The notes under the pieces were generated by a model, which saw only the letters and a list, made by a program, of their open reading frames with translations, made no database searches and was not told the origin of the DNA. A DNA stretch of 64,000 bases, from NCBI GenBank assembly GCA_039621445.1, contig CP154954.1, positions 21,066,642 to 21,130,641 of the forward strand. Reading direction: 5' to 3'. Shown here in pieces: positions 38,101-64,000 of this stretch. The position numbers were made by a program, and so were the translations under genes. The DNA is from Euglena gracilis. Taxonomy: Eukaryota. Numbering within the stretch: position 1 is the stretch's first letter; the number at the start of each line of letters is the position of its first letter.

Positions 38101-39077
38101 AAAAATGCTAAAAAAATTGTCCATGGGCGCAGAGATGTTGATTCTCATAAACAAAAATATAATGAGAAAGAAAAATGAAAAAGCAACACCCAAAATATTA
38201 AAACCATGGGACGAGCGACCGACACCCAAAGCAACTTGGGGACCAGGGCAAGGTACAAGTTTTAGGCAACCCCTGAAAAGTAGTAAAAGAGCGAACCAGA
38301 AGAAAATCTCGCACACCATGAAACAGCTGGAACAGCACACGCAAACAACATCCACCATTGGCAAACCAACCCCAACCGGGGCGGGGGGGGAGGGGGACGC
38401 AACATGGACCCTGAAAAAAGCAACACAAAAAAAAACGCAAAAAAAAACGGAAATTGCATGCGAATCCCTTAGCGAGAGACGAAAAATTTCGGCTCTGTTG
38501 GGAAGATTTTCCATTTTACATAAAAATAAGCATTTTGTTGACCAAAAAAACACTACAATAACAAAAATTTGCCAAAATTTTTAGTCTTGGTGGAAAATCA
38601 AAAAAATTACCAAAAAAATTCAGAAACCACCGGGTGAAAAAAACCACAAAAAAACCAAAAAAAATGCAAAAACGCAAATTTCGCCAAAATCGGAAAAAAA
38701 CAACAACAAAAAAACGTGTTTGCATTTCCCCCCCTGCCCAACCCTAACTACAGGGTCATCAACCCATCCTCTGGCCCAGTTCTTCCAGAACATCAGCGTC
38801 CACAAACAATACGGCATCGAACTCCGTGAGGTCCCACACATTCAGTTTGGTGTACGTGTCCGTGTACCGGCTTGTCCCCCGGTCGTCAGGGGACAGGGCA
38901 GCTTGCGTCAGAGCTTTGGCTGTGGTGCCTGACCCGGCTTTCCCACTTTGGAAGCTTCCATTCCTGGTCGTGTATTCACCTGGGCACAAACCCAACCGCT
39001 TTCTTTGAAGGCCATCCACACACGACCCCCGCCCAACTGCCTAACCTACCCACCCATCCACCCAAACACACACACGC

Positions 39078-39117
<40 letters not shown>

Positions 39118-39120
39118 GCG

Positions 39121-39195
<75 letters not shown>

Positions 39196-41552
39196 GCACA
39201 CACACACACACACACCAGAACACACTGAAAATAGCCGAAAGCCGGCCCTACCCGGCCGGCCTGCGCGGGACTAATCCTGGACACATCCCACTCGGTGTCC
39301 ACCGCAGGAGCACAGCGCAGACACAAAAAAAAATGCAAACAAACACAAAACAACAGGGGGGAAAACAAGGGAAAAAGCAAATGGGATGATAATTCCCGAC
39401 AGAGAGATGTCCAGAACGTACACTTTTCTGCTGGAGAAGACTCAGAATGCACCTCCTCACCTCCTGTGGGTAATTTTTTTAGTATGCAACATTATCTGTT
39501 GTTGCAACAAATTACATGCCCAATACGTTCAAAAATGACAAAAAGAAGACCAAAAATACAGATTTTTTGTCGAAAATACTTCCTGAAAATCCCAGGCAAA
39601 AAAGCAAAAAAAACACATAAAAAGGCATAAAAAATTTCCAATGTCGAAGAACACAAGAAAAACAACAAGAAAAGGTATTTCAATTCCCCCCACCTGGAGG
39701 ATCGCCGTTTGCCTGCGAAACTAGCCTGCCATTTTTCTTTGCGGGAGGAGGGTGGCGTAGACTGGCCAGTGGGGCTGCCCTGTGTGGGGCTGGCGATGGA
39801 GGACACCCAGCGCACGGTGCAGCCCGCCATGCGTAGCACCTTCTGCACCTTGCTGGACACCTGCGGGCGATGGCGACGGCCTGGTATTCAGCTTACAAAA
39901 AAGGGGGGAAACGGCCATGCATGTTTGTGTTTCACAAAAGTACCTCCCCCTCCCAAAGCCAAATGAACGCTAAGGTGACGATCTGGACGGTCCGGACGGG
40001 GGACATTCACTGGGCACGGGGGCTCGTAATTGTTTGCTAAAGGTATGTGGTGACAACGGAGACGGTTCGGACGACCCCTCCTCATTCGGCAATGGCGGTC
40101 ATTGGAGAATATGGGGGGGGGGGGCAGGGACAAGCATCGACATTCCAAAAAAAATGTTTTGATGAATTACAGATACTGGAAAAACTCCCACCCGCTCAAG
40201 TTAACGCTGAGGAATCTGGTCCAGGGCAGGGCTGTACAGGAAAGCTTGGTGGGGGGTTGACCCCCCCACCCAGGAGGTGGGTCACTCCCCCAACCCACCA
40301 ACCACAGCACCTGCTCAAAGAAGATTCTTTCGGCGCCGAAAGAGCCGAAGAAAATATTTGACCCAAAAAAAATCGGCGCCACCGGAAATACGGGAAGGCC
40401 TGGGGGGGGCATTGATTCACCACCCACCCACTCTCGAAAACCACCCGCCCACCCCACCCCCAGGGGATGACCTTCGGCCGGCTATGATGTACCCCCTCCC
40501 CGGGGGGTGCAGAGGCGCAAACCCACCCACCCACTCTCAGAAACCCACCCGCCCACCCACCCCCGGGGATGGGGTCCCACAGCTGTTAAATGAATGTGTG
40601 GTCGGACCCCCAATTCCACCAGGATGGGGGGGGGGGGGGCGCTCACCACCCATATGGTTTCGGTCTGAACAACCCGACAGGGGACTGGGTGGTTGGACGA
40701 GAGTAAAATTTCAAAAATCCTACTGTGGAGGGATGGAACTAGCACAGGGAGCCGACTAAGGAGTTGAATCATCACACAGATCACATCAAACAAAGGGGGC
40801 ACCTTGTTGGTGACCATGCAGATGACTTTGTTCGCCCGGGTTTTGGTGTTGAGGATGGACCGCACGGTGACGATCGCCCCCAGTAGGTATTGGTCAGAGC
40901 GGGGTCGTTTTGGCTGCCGTGGGATTCCCCCAGGGAGGTTTTTTTTTTTAAAAAAAGGACCCCCGGTCTTGCAGAAAAAAAACCACCCACCCATACTTTA
41001 ACCCCTATCTCCCACCCCTGGGGGGAGGCAATTTGTGGGTCAAAAAAATATTTTTGGCTTCGCGCCAAACTAAAATAACCCCCCCACCCCACCCCCACTG
41101 GAGGACTGGGGGCACCCCCCACCTCCCCGCGGTCAAACCTTTAAAATCTACCATTCATTCGTGGGGAGGCGACTGTGTGCGATCCGCACCTCTACTCCAC
41201 CTCACGCGGGTTAATCGAACCCTTTAAGTCTACCATTCATTTCGTGGGGAGCGATTGTTGGCGATCGCCCTCACTACACTCACGGTTAATCGAGTTGTGG
41301 GTGTCTTTGTGTCTGTCCTTCTCCCCCTCCCCCCCCCCCCCCCCAGCCCCTGACTTCTACCACAGGCTGGCCGCTGGCACCAGCCATGTGCATGCAGGGG
41401 GCGAAGCACCCACCCGACCCAGGGTCAAGCCAGGCCCCGGCTGTCAGTGATCATGGTCGCCCACGCGACAGCGCGGCGCCGGTCGGGAGAGATGACGCCC
41501 TCTGGCACTGGGTTGAGGTCAGAAGTTTTCTTAGGACGGGGGGAAAGCATCG

Positions 41553-41648
<96 letters not shown>

Positions 41649-41796
41649 ACACATAGAGAGAGAGAGAGACACACAGACACAACACACACGCACACACACC
41701 ACACCCACACCCACCCACCCACCCACACCACACATACACACACAAGCCACACACACACACACCACACATCACACACCACACACCACACACCACACA

Positions 41797-41843
<47 letters not shown>

Positions 41844-41855
41844 CACACACACACA

Positions 41856-41889
<34 letters not shown>

Positions 41890-42517
41890 TGCGAGCACCC
41901 TGTGGGGGGGGGGGTCCAATTTCTCTGTACTTCCTGCCGAAAATACATCTCTTGCAGGGGAACCCACTTGACCCCGGGGTGGGTCGGTTAGACAAATGGT
42001 CCCCACTCACCCCCTCCGAGGTTCCAACCTTCTTGAGAAGAAAGCTCTGGTAGAGGTCCACATTGCCAACGTACCAGTGTGACCAGAGGCCGAGGGAGAG
42101 GACGATTGCCCACGGCAAGGCGCTGAACACCTCCACCAAACTCACCCCCAAATGTTGGCCGAATATTTCGGTGTTGGCGGTACCGTTGAGGGTTGTGTGA
42201 GAAGTAGGCGATGTCCGACACGATCGGCCAAAATACAGCATTTATGAGGTTCCAATATTCTGGAAATGCTTTTGTCGCTGGCCAGGAGGCGAAACAAGTT
42301 CACATGGGCGGCGGAGTTTAAGAAGGGGGATGATTCCATGTGGCGCATGGGGCATGGCGTGGAATGATTCCATGCGCCCTAGCAAAGCACCTCCTGCCCG
42401 TCGCACATGGAGGGGCAGCAAAACTCACGCTGCCGGGCAGTCCCCGAAGGTCAAGTTCCCGGTTCACAATGCCTTGGCCACCACGAGGCACTGGAGGCGG
42501 CGCCTCATCCGCCGCAT
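35110..42517 (-). CDS. Glycosyltransferase family 8, glycogenin-like, with N-terminal hydrophobic anchor (about 11 exons; 3' end unresolved)
   Basis: Approximate exons 42473-42517, 42029-42130, 41447-41529, 40803-40899, 39786-39860, 38787-38887, 37959-37995, 37580-37691, 36498-36584, 35893-35959, <=35235. They give [76 protein letters not shown]. Confidence 0.85.
39067..39214. repeat. (CA)n/(GCAC)n microsatellite
   Basis: Directly visible. Confidence 0.95.
41138..41295. repeat. Two-copy ~80-bp tandem repeat in a GT8 intron
   Basis: CCTTTAA.TCTACCATTCATT..GTGGGGAG...TTAATCGA occurs twice. Confidence 0.75.
41554..41887. repeat. (CA)n compound microsatellite
   Basis: Directly visible. Confidence 0.95.
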
Positions 42518-44359
42518 CGCACACCCCGCGCCGCGGCTGCCGCGGCCCACATTCAGCGCATGGCCCGGGAGCCGGTCGGCGGCTGCCCCGAACCCCTGCG
42601 GCGACGGACGAGAGGGGGCGGCGTGGTAGACCTTCGGCGCTGCAGTTTTTAATGGGGGACTGTGATGGTTTTGGAGAGGCCTCTGGACAACGATGGCACT
42701 GTGGATGGAGGGCACGCGCATCCGAAGGTCACGCGGCTGGAAGGCATAGCAGGCAGATGGAAAACTGTCGACTCCCAGGAGCAGAATCAACGCCAGGGGG
42801 GTCCTGACCCCCCTCCACGATACACCATTTTACAGCCGGTACCTCCCAACAGTGGTCGCCACTCTTCCCCGACCAGGAGGGGTCGCCGACGGAAATTATA
42901 TGGTCACCCAATGATCAGTAAACGGGGTGTTAGTTCCGGAAGGGTGGCAGGAAAGAATCGGGGGAGAAATCTTCCCCAGTTGGGCATGCCGACATAGCAA
43001 AACAGGCAACACCAAACAGTAAAAACAACATAAGAAATGGAAAAATTCCCCAAAACCGCACAACACAGGCCAAGCGTGTCCAACAGGGCGGTCCAGCCAC
43101 AATGACATTTAACATGCGGCCTGCCGAAACAAAGAGCAAACGCGCCATTCATGGAAAGCAACCAAGGATTTTGCCCTGGGGTTGGGGTGTTTCCACAGGT
43201 GCTTCCAGGAAAGAGCCGTGGCAAAAAAAAAAATCACCATTCCAGGCCAAAAATATTTGATCACTAATACAACCATGGACTCATGCGTGCCCAACCACAC
43301 AACAAACAAAACCGTGTATCACCCTTCCCCCACCAAAACCACTCAAGCCACCACACACCGAATTACCCCCCAAAACAACAACCCAAACCCAAACCGGCAA
43401 ACATACCCCAGCTACATTTACAAACAACTGTTTCCGGGCGGGGGGCCCCGAAATTCCTTCGGCCAGCTTCGCTGCTTCCCTCAGGGGGTGTCTTGGGAAC
43501 CCCCCATCAATGCACTTAACTTTAGCCGGGGTGGATGTCTGGCAGCTTCCGGGAAAACTTAGGAACCTCAAACATTTTGTGTAAAACAGCAAGAAAATTT
43601 CTTCTCTGTTCTGTGCCTGAGGTGGCATTTTGGCAACTTCTGCGACAACAAAGAAAATGATCAGGTGATGCAAAATGCAATTTGTCATTGGGAACAATGG
43701 GCAGCATTCCGGCACAGACACGCGCTGCGGGGTTCGGAGGCGCCGTCATTGGCCCATAAGGAAGGGGAGAGGGAGGGAGATGGATAAGGAATTGGCGAAG
43801 TGCATTGATTGCAAAGCCCGCAGGCACAGGCTATGTGCCTCCGGGAAGCAGTGACTGCAACGGGAGGGTCGGTGGGAGGGTGACTCGCCACAGCGCCGGG
43901 CGGTCACCGTAGCATTGTCTCCAGGAGTTGCTTCACCCTGGGGCGGGGGAGGAACACGCTTTCGTTCCGAGCTGCCTTCGACGGACCACCCCCAGGAATG
44001 AGGCAGTGGCCGGCCTTGGGGGCTTGGAGGGAGACTGGAAAGCCGGGGCAACCAAACGGCACGCCAGCATGTGGCACTCATTGGGCTGTGCTCCAACCAA
44101 GCGGTTTGTTGTAGGGCCTTGCGGGGGGATTTCCAGCTGGGGCCGGAAAATCACCGGTGAATGAAAGCAGCCACCAGTTGGCAACAATTCACTAATCCGG
44201 GGGCTGCCAGCCCGCAGATGGCTTCCACTGCAACCAAATTTGGACCAGGGCATGCCAGCCCGGTGGGGCAAGCAAAAACTGAGTTATTACTCTGCCGTTT
44301 AAATGTGGCGGAACCTGTGGCAAGAAACCAACGTAACATCGCGGAAGGCCACACAATAC

Positions 44360-47846
<3,487 letters not shown>

Positions 47847-48424
47847 GGCGGGGCCGCTGGGGAACGCGGCGGGATGGGCAGTCCCCTTGGGGAGGCCCCC
47901 AGTCCAACCACAGCGGTGTGCCAACCTCAAAACCCCAAGAAATTGCTCCAAGTTAAATTGGGAGGCTCAAAAAAGTTGACAGGATTTGACCCGACTTCGG
48001 ACCAAAATGCCGCGGATAGAATGAATAAGCGACAGAAAAAGCGGAAGCGTCTCGAACCGAGCACCGTTCTCTGTTTTGCGGTACCCTTTGCGCAGGGGAG
48101 AAGAAAAAGGGGACACAATGAGAAAGTGTCACCTATGGCGACTGTGATATTTTGGGTTGTGTCACAGCTGTCCAGGGGAGATGGCCAAACCACATTGGGA
48201 AGCCACCCATCTCTCTTTGACCTGTCGCACCAGTCGCCTGCTGAAAATTGGGGCAGTGGTCCATTGAGAAGAGAAAGGAGGAGGTACATCGGAAGTAGGG
48301 AGGGCGAACCCTCCAGCTCGCCACACAGTCAGGGGGATGGTGGAGGTGTGGGCAGAGGTTAGACACTTGAAAGGTGGTCGGCCTCTGTGGGGTGGGGGCA
48401 GAAGGGTGCTGCGTCGGCTGGACG

Positions 48425-63583
<15,159 letters not shown>

Positions 63584-64000
63584 GTGGGCAGGGCCGGGCC
63601 GCGGGCGGCGACCGGAAGGGAGGCGGGGCTGGGGAGGCCCACGACGCGGGGGTTGGGCGGGTGGATCCTGTTCGAACCCTTGTCCAATGGTGGTACTTTC
63701 ATGTTTGAAAAAAGTTTCATTTTTATTTTCATTTTCATTTTTTTTATTTTAATTTTCATTCTTTCATTTTCATGTTAAATTTTCATGTTTGTTTGAGGGA
63801 CGGGCACGGATCAATTCCATGCAAGCATCACAGGCCAAACAAAATCATGAAACTGAGGGATCTGCCGAAAAAAAATTCAGATCCGGTCCTTGACCTGCGA
63901 GAGGGAACCTATCACCCACAGCGGATACGTTGGCCCCATGTCCCTGCAGTTCCCACAGAGATTGATTTGCATCGTTAGTCCTGCCACCCTGAAAGCTTTT

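Overview
Eukaryotic genomic DNA, most consistent with a euglenid, because it mixes GT/GC-AG introns with Euglena-type nonconventional introns. The left half (1-~31.9 kb) is a nest of retroelements. It holds three decayed DIRS-type tyrosine-recombinase elements and a 16.8-kb Ty3/gypsy chromovirus (2539-19318, minus strand, 5-bp TSD). The chromovirus has an N6-adenine-methyltransferase-like domain inside pol, a candidate UAG-readthrough gag-pol junction and an intact ~1.6-kaa extra ORF. The nest also holds a 3.8-kb non-autonomous LTR element and a 333-bp solo-LTR-like insert with a tRNA-like core. The right half (~35-63.6 kb) has three tandem minus-strand host genes: an RRM + DEAD-box helicase, adenylate kinase 6/Fap7, and a membrane-anchored glycogenin-like GT8. 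The most striking observation is that helicase intron 1 is an intact hAT-like MITE with a perfect 8-bp TSD. The N3-CAG...CTG-N5 geometry of the nonconventional introns equals the element plus one 8-bp TSD, which suggests a hAT-MITE-to-intron pathway. All calls were made by eye; some frame breaks may be homopolymer errors in the assembly.
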